DNA of 38,800 nt, taken from UHGV virus genome UHGV-0203104, one strand, 5' to 3'. Of the stretch, positions 28,221-37,758 are shown piece after piece. Both the position numbers and the translations under genes were made by a program. The notes beneath the pieces were generated by a model. It made no database searches and was not told the DNA's origin. It worked only from the letters and a program-made list of their open reading frames with translations. The stretch's first letter is position 1. Every line of letters starts with the position of its first letter. The stretch is from a virus.

Positions 28221-28240
28221 GCTCGTATCCCCGCCACGCC
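28221..28240 (-). other. cos-like site (G-rich cohesive-end core)
   Basis: Minus strand reads GGCGTGGCGGGGATACGAGC; the first 13 nt match my recollection of the 186/P2 cos core. Exact ends not verified. Confidence 0.35.
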
Positions 28241-28285
28241 TGCCCGCTTTATGTAGTGGTTTTCATGCACCTGCATGATCTACGC

Positions 28286-28317
28286 AAAAGCCCGCCAGTT
28301 CTGGCGGGCCTTAGCAA
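28286..28317 (-). terminator. Rho-independent terminator downstream of the dinI-like gene
   Basis: GCCCGCCAG-ttct-GGCGGGC hairpin followed on the minus strand by TTTTG. Confidence 0.45.
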
Positions 28318-28444
28318 AAACGATCCTCAAACGATCATGCGATCTCATGCGGCATAGACATGCACTACAGAGCTAACGCCTCGCAAGGGCTCGTTGTTCA
28401 ACCTTGCTGACGCCAGAAGCAAGTTCAGACGCCAGCAACGTTTC

Positions 28445-28678
28445 TTAATGCAGCCAGCTGTCGTCTTCCCACACCTTCTGCATAATTTTCATCACTTGTT
28501 TTCTTTCTTCGTCCAGTTGCAGTCCGGTTAGTTCCACACCGTTAGAGCTACCTTTGCGAATGCGAATTACCGTTTTGGGATACAGGGGGCGCAGATTGCG
28601 GTAAAGCTCGGATTCAAGGGCGTCCAGGGTAGACTGGCTAATCTTCTGCTCTTTATCGATCATTATTTCAATGCGCAT
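28445..28678 (-). CDS. dinI: DinI-like protein
   Basis: MRIEIMIDK...LDALESELYRNLRPLYP...VWEDDSWLH parallels E. coli DinI (MRIEVTIAK...WESADDWFVSE); start trimmed to the MRIE Met of ORF 28445..28750. Confidence 0.75.
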   Translation of the reverse strand: MRIEIMIDKEQKISQSTLDALESELYRNLRPLYPKTVIRIRKGSSNGVELTGLQLDEERKQVMKIMQKVWEDDSWLH

Positions 28679-28688
28679 AAAAGTCACC

Positions 28689-28877
28689 TCAGCTGATGAC
28701 ATCCATTGAGCGGTTGTATTCGTGGGTTCTGATTTTTGCCATGAGTTCATCAGTCAATTCAGAAACCCACTGCAGAGCCAGCCCCTTCTCTTCATCACTA
28801 CACTCACTAGCCGCTACAAGCTTAAGAAAAAAATCAATGCGCTGGAGCTTCAAAGACTCCAAAAAATAGTCCTGCAT
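28689..28877 (-). CDS. Small SOS-controlled protein upstream of the dinI-like gene (possible Tum-type antirepressor)
   Basis: 62 aa from the internal Met of ORF 28689..28979; a LexA box sits about 45 bp upstream. Function inferred from position only. Confidence 0.45.
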   Translation of the reverse strand: MQDYFLESLKLQRIDFFLKLVAASECSDEEKGLALQWVSELTDELMAKIRTHEYNRSMDVIS

Positions 28878-28920
28878 CTTTCCTCCTATGACACCACACG
28901 CAATACTGTATGCATAACCA

Positions 28921-28936
28921 CTGTTTATATTTACAG
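28921..28936. promoter_or_regulatory. LexA (SOS) box CTGT-N8-ACAG
   Basis: CTGTTTATATTTACAG with AT-rich spacer, overlapping a -10-like TATATAAT on the minus strand, upstream of the small ORF / dinI-like operon. Confidence 0.7.
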
Positions 28937-29030
28937 TATATAATAATCTTACTGATGTAAAACGTTTTTTTACGTTCATCAGCCTGATATGCCTGGTATT
29001 ATTAAGAGCACGAATTGTTAACCCGCGTAA

Positions 29031-31445
29031 TTAATACAGGTTCCGCCACTGATCATCTTCCTGCAAACGCTGGTTCCGATAGAAGATACGCAGGCCTGCT
29101 CCTGACGGAATACTGCCTCCGCGAAGGAGTAAATCGACCTCTTTCTCGCTGCCATCAAATCCTCTGGACTTCAGCTCATACACGAGCTGCAGTCGCTGAT
29201 GGTCTGTAATTCGCTGTTTGTAGTCTTTACGCCGTTTCGGTTTCACCAGGCGTAACCTTGCTGCCAGTTCCCGGCGCTCTTTTTTGCTCATACTGTGCAG
29301 GTAATCGTGCAGCTCCTTGTCATCCATGCTGGTAATGTCCGTTCTGGGGTTCCCATCAGCTGATTTATCTTTCTCCTGTTGGTTCAAATTTTCAGCAAGG
29401 GGACAGTTATTGCCACGAGTCCAAGGGGCGCAAGCGCCCTGGTCGGCTGCCGCCTCCTGAACGTCAACGGCCTTACGAACCATTTTCCACTTCACTGCAT
29501 GAGTGCAGATCTTGCCCTCTGCAATGGGTGACCAGATGCCATAAATACGAATACCGTGATCGCCATAGGCGGTTGGCTCTTCGTTGATTTCATAAGCGGT
29601 TCTGATGAGGTGATATTTGCGGGGAACCAGTACGCCGCCCTGCTTCATGATGTAGGTGGCAAAACAACCAGCATCAGCAGCAGCCAGGATGGCATCAAGG
29701 CGCGGGTTATCCAGTACCGGCGCACCTGCTTTTTTGTCACCCTGTTGCCTTGCCGCCTGACCAGCCAGCAATCGCAGTTCACGGTAAGCCTGACGCCCCG
29801 GAATGCCAAAGAAGCGGAATTGCTGAACACGATGCAGAGACGCCCAGGCATTAACGTATTCAGCGTTATCACGCAGGGATTTACCCGTTTCCTTACTGAT
29901 CTCGCCAGCCAAACCACGCCCGTCAATATTCTTACTGATATATTTCGCAATGTAGCTTGTCGGCGTTCCTTTGCGCGGGTTTATCAGCTCAGACTTAAAG
30001 CGTGGCCCCGTGTTATTGCCCAGCTCCTCGCGGTCTTCACGGATGGCAAACTTACGCAACAATGCAGTAATGGCGCGGCGGTCTTTTTTGCGCATGAAAC
30101 ACAACAGGTGCCAGTGAACTGTGCCGTCATGATGCGGCTCAGCCACCCGCACGCCATACCAGCGCAACCCGGCTTTGTGCATAGCCTTACGAAATGCAGC
30201 AAACATGCCGACCAGATAATCGCTGCTTTGTCTTACTGTCGCGTTGGTCCAGGTCGGGTTTGGCCTGCCGTTATTTAGCGTGGAATGGAAACGTGACGGA
30301 CAGGTGATGGTGTAGAAAACGGCGCAGTCACCACGCATTTCCGCGATAAGCTCCAGGCCTTTAACACAGGCCATCATCTCATTGCGGCGATGCGCCGGGT
30401 TGCTGCTGCTGGCGTTTACCACATCCTCCATGTTCAGCGTGTCGCCGTCTTCGTTCACCAGTTCATGAGAACGGAAAAACTCCAGCGACTTACGGCGCTG
30501 CTCACGTTTATGCATCACGGCTTCATAGCTGACATAGGGAGATGCTTTTTTGCTGACCAGGCAGACAGCACGCAACTGTTCTTCCCGCCATTCGCAACGC
30601 ATCTTCCATAATTTCCGATACCACCAGTCGGCGCACAGCATACGCGCCAGCGAACCCGGAATGAGTTCATAGGGCACAGGTTTGCGGCGGTTTCTTTTCC
30701 GGCGGAGTTGCTCAAACGCAGGCGGTATGACATCCAGTCGCAGGGTTTCTGCAGCCACCTTTTCCCATGTCTTGCGGATTTCTTCTGGCTTAACATCATC
30801 GGAGGCGTACAAATCACCACAAGCGGCATCAAGACACATGCTCATATGCGCAGCGACAAGGGTAGACAGGCGTTTCACCTGATCCTGACTCATTTCAGGC
30901 AGGATCAGCAGACCGTCCAGCCCTTCATGGCTTGCCATAAAACGAAAAGATGCAGATAGCTGGCTGTCGCGTACATGCTCCAGTCGTTCCAGACATGGCT
31001 TAATCGTCTCACGCAAATAGCGGGAATAAGCCTTTGGCCTGCCCAGGCTGCTGAAATATTCAATACGTTGCATCAGCGGCTTGCTGATATGGGAAGGCTG
31101 GGCGTTGACGTCAGCCAGAATGACCATGTCTGGATTAAAACGCTGCTGCTCATGCACCATCTTTGCCCGGCTAATGAGCTTATCCTGCTCCATTTCGCGT
31201 TGGACAGGATCACGGGATTCATTAAAGAAATAACACTCCCAGACCTGATCACTCAGTGCCTCGCGGCGCAGTCGTTCCTGTTCGTTATCGGTAGCGTACA
31301 GAGTGATCAGGTTTGAAAGCGCAGAAACCGGCGCAACTTCCGCCGGGTCCAGATAAGGGTTAATGGCCTTTTTCGGGCTGTTCCATGAGAATGCTGCGGC
31401 GACCTCGTTAAAGCCGCTGCAGTTGTTCATATCAGCATGGCTCAT
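29031..31445 (-). CDS. A: Rolling-circle replication initiator (A homolog)
   Basis: 804 aa; HUH motif (TVHWHLLCF) and tyrosine motif ([12 protein letters not shown]); size and position as P2/186 gene A. Confidence 0.85.
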   Translation of the reverse strand: MSHADMNNCSGFNEVAAAFSWNSPKKAINPYLDPAEVAPVSALSNLITLYATDNEQERLRREALSDQVWECYFFNESRDPVQREMEQDKLISRAKMVHEQQRFNPDMVILADVNAQPSHISKPLMQRIEYFSSLGRPKAYSRYLRETIKPCLERLEHVRDSQLSASFRFMASHEGLDGLLILPEMSQDQVKRLSTLVAAHMSMCLDAACGDLYASDDVKPEEIRKTWEKVAAETLRLDVIPPAFEQLRRKRNRRKPVPYELIPGSLARMLCADWWYRKLWKMRCEWREEQLRAVCLVSKKASPYVSYEAVMHKREQRRKSLEFFRSHELVNEDGDTLNMEDVVNASSSNPAHRRNEMMACVKGLELIAEMRGDCAVFYTITCPSRFHSTLNNGRPNPTWTNATVRQSSDYLVGMFAAFRKAMHKAGLRWYGVRVAEPHHDGTVHWHLLCFMRKKDRRAITALLRKFAIREDREELGNNTGPRFKSELINPRKGTPTSYIAKYISKNIDGRGLAGEISKETGKSLRDNAEYVNAWASLHRVQQFRFFGIPGRQAYRELRLLAGQAARQQGDKKAGAPVLDNPRLDAILAAADAGCFATYIMKQGGVLVPRKYHLIRTAYEINEEPTAYGDHGIRIYGIWSPIAEGKICTHAVKWKMVRKAVDVQEAAADQGACAPWTRGNNCPLAENLNQQEKDKSADGNPRTDITSMDDKELHDYLHSMSKKERRELAARLRLVKPKRRKDYKQRITDHQRLQLVYELKSRGFDGSEKEVDLLLRGGSIPSGAGLRIFYRNQRLQEDDQWRNLY

Positions 31446-32299
31446 GCACGCACTCCGTACACGGCTGAACTATCCACGCCACGCGAAGGATCAAATCCCA
31501 CCCAGCAGCGCGGCCCGGAAACAGCGATGATTTCTGTTGCAGATTTACTCTCACCAGCTGCCACACCGATGCTGCGTTTTGCCTTGATGTAGTGGTGAGT
31601 AAAATTGCGATACAGCGAACGGATCAGGGATGTATCACTGTTAGAAACAATGACCGGATGTCCTTCTGATGACCGATGTTTAAGAACGGATGCCAGGTGA
31701 TACTGGTCATCTTCAGTGAAACCATCAGTGTGATAGCCGGAAAACGTACCGTCATACGGCGGATCGCAATACACCACATCCCCCACCTGCAGCATCGCCA
31801 GCGTTTCATCAAAGCTTGCGCAGATAAACGTTGCACGCTGGGCTTTCTCTGCAAATGCGCGAATTTCTTTTTCAGGGAAATACGGATTTTTATAATTACC
31901 GTACGGAATGTTGAAATGCCCGCTCTTGTTATAGCGACATAATCCACGGTAACCATGACGATTGAGATACAGGAAATATACCGCTTTCATGAAATCAGTA
32001 ATTTCAGTGGAGTAATTAAACTCCTGCCTTATGTTGTAATAAGCCACCTCCCTGTTTGCGATCTCAAATAAAACTCTGGCGCGAGATATAAACGATTCAC
32101 AATCAACGGCAACCTTTTTATAGAGGTTGATTAAATCAGGATTAATATCCGCAACCAGATAGCTGGGGTAATCCGTCTCCATCATCACAGCACAGGAACC
32201 CGCGAAAGGTTCAACCAGTCGCGGGCCAGCAGGAAGGTGTTTTTTCAGTTCGGACATAATGGCGGTTTTATTTCCCGCCCATTTCAGGATGGTGCTCAT
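31442..32299 (-). CDS. dam: DNA adenine methyltransferase (Dam family)
   Basis: ILKWAGNK...[11 protein letters not shown] (AdoMet motif) and VVYCDPPY (motif IV); start trimmed to the MSTILKWAG Met of ORF 31442..32371. Confidence 0.85.
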
Positions 32300-32598
32300 A
32301 CAGCACCTCCTGCAATAACATATCCTAAAGCTTCTAATGGGGTTAATGGGCGAATTGATAGCATCACCCATTGTTCTGAAACTGCCATGACGTCATTAAC
32401 CGGAAGCACATGAGAGATAACAGCGGCCCATTCCCTACCCGTAAATACGCCATGCTTCCATTCGCAAAGAGAAAGAACATCACCAACTTTATAGCCACGA
32501 TCGTCTTTACGAAGTTCAGCCGTCTTTTGACCTGCAACCACAGCGTTGAAATACTTAGGTGCAATTTTTAATTGATGGATACGCACTGCCCTTGTCAT
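32296..32598 (-). CDS. Small PUA/ASCH-like protein (hypothetical)
   Basis: About 100 aa from the internal Met of ORF 32296..32658; coupled to the TraR-like gene upstream and dam downstream. Fold assignment is a guess. Confidence 0.4.
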
Positions 32599-32822
32599 AC
32601 AGCACCTCCGTTGTAATGCTTGCCTTTCAGCTCTGCGATTTCCTGACAGGTAATGCAAAGCTGCACACCCGGAATGGCGCGGCGTCGTGCTGGCGGAATT
32701 GGCGCCTCACATTCAATGCAAAGTACGCGGGACACGCCCGGCGTTTTGGTACGGGCAGCACGGATATGGCGCTGGCGTTCTTCTTCAACGCGCTGCTGTA
32801 CGAGATCCATTGCATCAGCCAT
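32595..32822 (-). CDS. TraR/DksA-family C4 zinc-finger protein
   Basis: 75 aa with CIEC...N17...CITC at the C-terminus. Confidence 0.7.
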
Positions 32823-33061
32823 TAGTGGACCTCCTGCGCTTCGTTCTGGATTGCTTCAGCGGTCACACGCAGCAGTTCTGCTGCTTCGACGTGGTTTAGC
32901 TGGCGGGATGTAATATGACACGCAAGGCTATCAAGGCGGGCAGCCATTGCCTCAGCCCTTGCCCGACGTTCTTCCAGACGAGCCTCTGTCAGTAAAATAT
33001 TAAGTCCTGCGTCATCCGGTCCGGTTTTAGTCGAGAGGGTTTCAATATTACGCATAATCAA
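32822..33061 (-). CDS. Hypothetical early protein
   Basis: 79-aa ORF coupled to the downstream TraR-like gene; no recognised motif. Confidence 0.4.
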   Translation of the reverse strand: MIMRNIETLSTKTGPDDAGLNILLTEARLEERRARAEAMAARLDSLACHITSRQLNHVEAAELLRVTAEAIQNEAQEVH

Positions 33062-33122
33062 TTCTCCTGAATTTAGATAAAGGAATGCCCGGCGGGTTTA
33101 CGCCATGAATTTCATTAATTGG

Positions 33123-33464
33123 TTAATTCGGCATGGCTAGCCGTCTGGGAAATAAGCTCACCACTGCACGAAGATGATTCATTACTTTAATCAACTCCCG
33201 CTTTTCGTCAGTGGTCAGCTCATTAATGCTGATGCTATGACGTTCAGCTGGAATTTTTGCTATAAAGAATATAGCAGCCAGTGCCCGTTTATTTCGTTCA
33301 TAATTAATATCCCGTGGATCACGTATATCTTTAATAAACCGCTCAAGCTCTGACTCAATATTCAGGCCAAATACTTTCGCCCTTAATTCCGCAATATGAT
33401 TAAGTCCATTCAGGCGTTCACCTGGGCTTAATGGAACAGTCGCCGCAGCGCCATTAATTGCCAT
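33123..33464 (-). CDS. Hypothetical early protein
   Basis: 113-aa ORF in the early operon; no recognised motif. Confidence 0.45.
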   Translation of the reverse strand: MAINGAAATVPLSPGERLNGLNHIAELRAKVFGLNIESELERFIKDIRDPRDINYERNKRALAAIFFIAKIPAERHSISINELTTDEKRELIKVMNHLRAVVSLFPRRLAMPN

Positions 33465-33486
33465 AATTCATATCCCCAAAACGCAA

Positions 33487-33711
33487 CTATCGCTCTTTGT
33501 TCTTACGGTAACGCTCAAGAGGAGATATATTTTTTCGTATCATCTCTTTAACCTGCTCTCCCCGTAAAAACGTCCCATCCTTTAGCGTGAAAAAGTAACT
33601 GCCATCGCCCGATAACGACGGATAACAACAGAGCAAATCATCTTCAGATACTGAATAACTCTCCCCTCTGTAACGAAACTGATAAACCACTTCACTTTCC
33701 GCTGCATACAT
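33487..33711 (-). CDS. Hypothetical early protein (overlaps an alternative-frame ORF)
   Basis: 74-aa ORF with GGAG RBS; overlaps track ORF 33582..33908, which is in another frame. Confidence 0.4.
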   Translation of the reverse strand: MYAAESEVVYQFRYRGESYSVSEDDLLCCYPSLSGDGSYFFTLKDGTFLRGEQVKEMIRKNISPLERYRKNKER

Positions 33712-33885
33712 TTTGACTTTCTCCGTTTCCCCGTGGTCAATTCAGACAGCAATTCATCTTGTGAACGGCACGGATGCCAGCGTTTACCATCCTCACCCAT
33801 GATCCAGCCGTGACCGTAGTGCATTGCCGGGCTTTGTTTTACCAGCAGCGATGCAAATGATGGTTCTTTCGTCAGCATAAGCACC

Positions 33886-34395
33886 TCACAGCAAACCGAA
33901 TGAAGCACCGAGGCCAGTCACGGTATCAACTGCACTCGCCATCGCAGGATTAGCCTGTAAACGGGCCTGCAATGAAACAGCCGCCAGCGCCATCAGTCGT
34001 GTTACAGAGTTAATGCTGCTGATAGCATCACGACGACCGGCACAGGTTTTTACATCGCCAGATACCGCACCTGCAGCAACACGCCCGATCTCTGCGGTTG
34101 CACTCATGACGTAATGTGGCAGTTTCTCTTTTGCCACCTCATTAATCGGTACACATGGCAGACAATGAATCTGTGCCAGAAAACCATCTACCAGCGTTGA
34201 ATCTTCAGTCAGATCGGTAAGCAGCCAGATTTCTGATGCATTGAGTTGATGCGGTTGATCTGGGTTGAGTTTGTTTCGCAGAGTCTGGACATTCATTCCT
34301 GCACGTTCTGCCAGCTTCGCCATATTGTGACGAAGTGCAAAAGCTCTACAGGCTTCATCAAAATGCGGGTGTTTGGAAATCTTATAATCAAACAT
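33886..34395 (-). CDS. cII: CII-like lysogeny-establishment regulator (186 type)
   Basis: 169 aa, the length of 186 CII; HTH region NMAKLAERAGMNVQTLRNKL; second gene of the rightward early operon. Confidence 0.65.
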   Translation of the reverse strand: MFDYKISKHPHFDEACRAFALRHNMAKLAERAGMNVQTLRNKLNPDQPHQLNASEIWLLTDLTEDSTLVDGFLAQIHCLPCVPINEVAKEKLPHYVMSATAEIGRVAAGAVSGDVKTCAGRRDAISSINSVTRLMALAAVSLQARLQANPAMASAVDTVTGLGASFGLL

Positions 34396-34427
34396 GCTAC
34401 CCCCTTAGAAAGTTCTCATAATTGAAC

Positions 34428-34670
34428 TTACTTACCAACAATGACGCGGAAGTTGGAATGACCGAGGGATTCACGGACCTGATCGGTTTTGTACATTAAA
34501 TAACGCAGGCTTACGCGGCCTTTGTTTTTTTCTTTCTTGACCATGTATTTAGCAAGCTGACCATGGTGAATTTTTTGATACACGGAGCCGCGGGAGATAC
34601 CTTCCCATTCCGCGAACTCAGCAGGCGTTGCCATCTCTTTTGGTACACGAATTGAAATATCAGTACTCAT
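34428..34670 (-). CDS. apl: Apl/Cox-like excisionase / early regulator
   Basis: 80 aa with HTH-like ATPAEFAEWEGISRGSVYQKI; first gene divergent from cI. Confidence 0.55.
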   Translation of the reverse strand: MSTDISIRVPKEMATPAEFAEWEGISRGSVYQKIHHGQLAKYMVKKEKNKGRVSLRYLMYKTDQVRESLGHSNFRVIVGK

Positions 34671-34780
34671 AGTGCAGTATCTCTTAGTTTGGTTTCGTTT
34701 TATCTTGTTTTATGTGGTTTGGTTTTGCTTTTCAAACCATTAATGGATATTAGGATCACTTTTTATATACGTCAAGAGGT
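34671..34780. promoter_or_regulatory. Immunity switch region between apl and cI
   Basis: 110-bp AT-rich intergenic region with repeated GTTTGGTTT elements; by position it must carry the lytic/lysogenic promoters and operators. Confidence 0.5.
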
Positions 34781-35419
34781 TTGATTATGAGTTTAATCAA
34801 GGCGGGGAATGATAGTGGTGGGCGCGATGCGATTAATAGGCTTATTAAGGCTTACAACTTCAGCTCACGACAGCAGCTCTGCGAACATCTGGAAGTATCA
34901 AAAAGCACTATGGCTAACAGATACTTAAGGGATAGCTTTCCTGCCGAATGGGTAATCCAATGTGCCCTTGAAACAGGAGCTTCCCTTCTATGGCTGGCTA
35001 CTGGTCAAGGAGATATGTATGTGTGTGAGAACGAAGAAACAAATCTCAAAAATGAACCTCCTGTCACTGTAAGACCACTTTCTAAGATCGTTGCTCCGAG
35101 CATCAAACGTGTTGAACTAAAGAACGGCGAACTGCAGCCAAGTGATGAAATTCTTCTTGATAGCAGCCTGCTTGATGGTGACTCATCCAACGCTTTATTT
35201 GTTAAAACAGCTAATGATAGCTTTGTAGTGGATACGTCTGTTAAACAAGTCAGTAATGGCTTCTGGTTAGTCGATATGGACGGAGTTAAAAGCATCGTCA
35301 AAATTGCGCGCATACCCGGAAACAAAATAGTAGTTAACCAAGATGACACTTCATTTGAATGTTCTATAGATGATGTGGAAGTCGTAGGACGTGCAGTCAA
35401 AATAATCAAGAACCTCTAA
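34781..35419 (+). CDS. cI: Immunity repressor (CI, 186 type)
   Basis: 212 aa; N-terminal HTH (SRQQLCEHLEVSKSTMANRYLR) plus C-terminal domain; immediately upstream of int on the same strand. Confidence 0.7.
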   Translation: MIMSLIKAGNDSGGRDAINRLIKAYNFSSRQQLCEHLEVSKSTMANRYLRDSFPAEWVIQCALETGASLLWLATGQGDMYVCENEETNLKNEPPVTVRPLSKIVAPSIKRVELKNGELQPSDEILLDSSLLDGDSSNALFVKTANDSFVVDTSVKQVSNGFWLVDMDGVKSIVKIARIPGNKIVVNQDDTSFECSIDDVEVVGRAVKIIKNL

Positions 35420-35422
35420 CTT

Positions 35423-36463
35423 ATGACCATCAGAAAACAGCCAAACGGAAAATGGTTGTGTGAGTGCTATCCCAATGGACGCAATGGTAAGCGCGTGCGT
35501 AAGCAATTTGCTACTAAAGGCGAAGCCATTGCGTTTGAAAGCTTCACAATGGAAGAAGTGAACAAAAAACCATGGCTAGGGGAAAAGGAAGATCGGCGAC
35601 ATCTATCAGAATTAATTGAGCTGTGGTATTCCCTGTATGGTCAAACACTCGCAGACCCCAAGCGCCTCATGGCGAAACTTAGAATTATCTGTAATGGTCT
35701 AGGCGATCCCATCGCCTCAGAACTGACAGCTGGTGAGTTTACGAAATACCGCGAAGCACGGTTAAAAGGTGAAGTACGAAATGAAGATGGCACGCTTATG
35801 TCGCCCGTTAAGCCCCGCACGGTAAATCTTGAACAGCGCAACCTATCATCTGTTTTTGGTACACTGAAAAAGCTGGGCCACTGGTCAGCCCCCAACCCGC
35901 TTGCTGGGCTGCCAACATTTAAAATTGCTGAGGGTGAATTGGCGTTCCTGACCTCGGAAGAAATTAAACGTCTGCTGGATGCCTGTGCTGATTCTCAAAG
36001 CCCCAGTCTGCTGATGATTGCAAAAATATGCTTGGCCACCGGCGCACGCTGGAGCGAAGCCGAAAACCTGCAGAGTCATCAGGTATCAAAATACCGTATC
36101 ACTTATACCAAGACTAAAGGAAAGAAAAACCGAACAGTGCCTATTTCAAAGGATTTATATGAAGAACTGCCTAAGAATAGGGGAAAATTATTTACACCTT
36201 GTAGGAAAGCTTTTGAACGTGCGGTAAAACGAGCTGGCATCGAGCTACCAGAAGGGCAATGCACACACGTATTACGACATACATTTGCAAGTCACTTTAT
36301 GATGAATGGCGGAAACATACTGGTGCTGCGCGATATTCTGGGCCATGTCGATATAAAAATGACAATGATTTACGCCCACTTTGCTCCCGACCATCTGGAA
36401 GATGCTGTAACCAAAAATCCTCTTGCTAACCTTGGATGGAGAAGATTAGAAAGTGTTTGTTAA
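35423..36463 (+). CDS. int: Tyrosine integrase (P2/186 family)
   Basis: 346 aa; catalytic region with R...H..R and LGHVDIKMTMIYAH. Confidence 0.9.
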   Translation: MTIRKQPNGKWLCECYPNGRNGKRVRKQFATKGEAIAFESFTMEEVNKKPWLGEKEDRRHLSELIELWYSLYGQTLADPKRLMAKLRIICNGLGDPIASELTAGEFTKYREARLKGEVRNEDGTLMSPVKPRTVNLEQRNLSSVFGTLKKLGHWSAPNPLAGLPTFKIAEGELAFLTSEEIKRLLDACADSQSPSLLMIAKICLATGARWSEAENLQSHQVSKYRITYTKTKGKKNRTVPISKDLYEELPKNRGKLFTPCRKAFERAVKRAGIELPEGQCTHVLRHTFASHFMMNGGNILVLRDILGHVDIKMTMIYAHFAPDHLEDAVTKNPLANLGWRRLESVC

Positions 36464-37499
36464 TAACTATATCCAACAATACCCATGGATATCGTACTTA
36501 CTTATCATAATATATTTTATATATATATGCCTTGAATTATATCTATGCGTATCAAAAAAAGGCTTTAACATGGATGAAAGGCCATTAACAAGTCAATACT
36601 TATTTAAACAATCACTTAGGATTCCTGTATTTTCAGCGATATACTTTGGTATATTTTCCTGGCTTGGACATTCCCCTCAATTTGATAGTGAGGGCTTTAA
36701 TAATTTCATTGCAATTAGCAAGCTTCCTATCGCCTTACTTTCTTTGTCCATACCATTTGTTGCTGTCGTAGCAAACATACACCGCACAGTTCAAACAAAC
36801 CGACAAATTGAGGAAACCAAGCAAAAGAATCTATCTGATAGCTACTATAGCCATCTAAAGTTCGTTACTGATTATTTCACCAATTTACCTAACAAAACCA
36901 TTAAACGCGAACGTCATTATGGTACTAAAGAGATAAGTTATAAAATTAACTACCCAATACATCTATATAGATATATTTTCATAAATAGCTCACCAGAGAA
37001 GGGACGGCCTAAAAATACAGATAAAGAATACATACGTGAAGTGAATAATCACTGGGTTGATATACTAAAAAACCTGGAGAAGATACATTCATCTAATCGT
37101 GGCTCTCAGTGTGACGAAGTTTTAATCCGTCAAATGCAATCTCTTCATTCAATAGAAAAACACTTATCCGAACTTAATCGAATGCTTTGCCTAACTCCAA
37201 TGGAGTTAAATGAACATGGAACTTTATACTTTGATGGATATAAAATGATTACTAACTTCATGTCCAGCATTGAACTTGGCGATACAATTGAAACCTACTT
37301 CAAATTTACCATTGATATTCTTGATATTACCGATAATTTCCTTTCATTCAAGGATGATGGCTCGTCTGGGCAAATCATTATACTTGCAAGATTACTGAAA
37401 GATAATAATCCAGCTATCTTTGATGAAATTATAACAGACAAAGGGAAGGCTCAACCTTCGTTGACCTACAATGGCGACAAATTGGCGGCAGAGGATTAA
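36453..37499 (+). CDS. AT-rich cargo protein with hydrophobic N-terminal segments (hypothetical; possible exclusion/abortive-infection factor)
   Basis: 348-aa ORF (alternative start at 36570, MDERPL..., AGG-containing RBS); strongly AT-rich; apparent hydrophobic helices (IPVFSAIYFGIFSWLG, LPIALLSLSIPFVAVVANI) before a roughly 220-aa soluble domain. Lies between int and attR. Confidence 0.6.
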   Translation: MFVNNYIQQYPWISYLLIIIYFIYICLELYLCVSKKGFNMDERPLTSQYLFKQSLRIPVFSAIYFGIFSWLGHSPQFDSEGFNNFIAISKLPIALLSLSIPFVAVVANIHRTVQTNRQIEETKQKNLSDSYYSHLKFVTDYFTNLPNKTIKRERHYGTKEISYKINYPIHLYRYIFINSSPEKGRPKNTDKEYIREVNNHWVDILKNLEKIHSSNRGSQCDEVLIRQMQSLHSIEKHLSELNRMLCLTPMELNEHGTLYFDGYKMITNFMSSIELGDTIETYFKFTIDILDITDNFLSFKDDGSSGQIIILARLLKDNNPAIFDEIITDKGKAQPSLTYNGDKLAAED

Positions 37500-37584
37500 A
37501 AATGTGTAAAACCGACAAAAACAAAATAACACTAACACATTGTTTTAAAACATAAATACATATTTTTATTATAATAAAAATGGT

Positions 37585-37630
37585 ATGTAGGAATTTCGGA
37601 CGCGGGTTCAACTCCCGCCAGCTCCACCAA
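37585..37630. repeat. attR: displaced 46-bp copy of the ssrA 3' end
   Basis: Identical to 1209-1254. Confidence 0.85.
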
Positions 37631-37758
37631 TCATGATTGGACGGTGTAAGGACTACACCAACAAAAACAGGAAGTTATAAGTCTCAGCAGGACACCGACC
37701 AGACGGTGAGGAGACAAAAAAGGATACGCAACGGAGTCGCGACTCCCTATGACATTAA

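Larger units (their letters stand above)
1209..37630. mobile_element. P2/186-like prophage integrated at ssrA (about 36.4 kb)
   Basis: Bounded by the 46-bp direct repeat; contains a tyrosine integrase, immunity genes, a rolling-circle replication gene and a full P2-order morphogenesis and lysis gene set. Confidence 0.9.

Noticed and set aside
28903-28923. Possible second LexA half-site pair (TACTGTATGCATAACCACTG) next to the SOS box
   Set aside because: Only one arm (CTGT) is present with correct spacing; the distal arm is CCAC, not ACAG.
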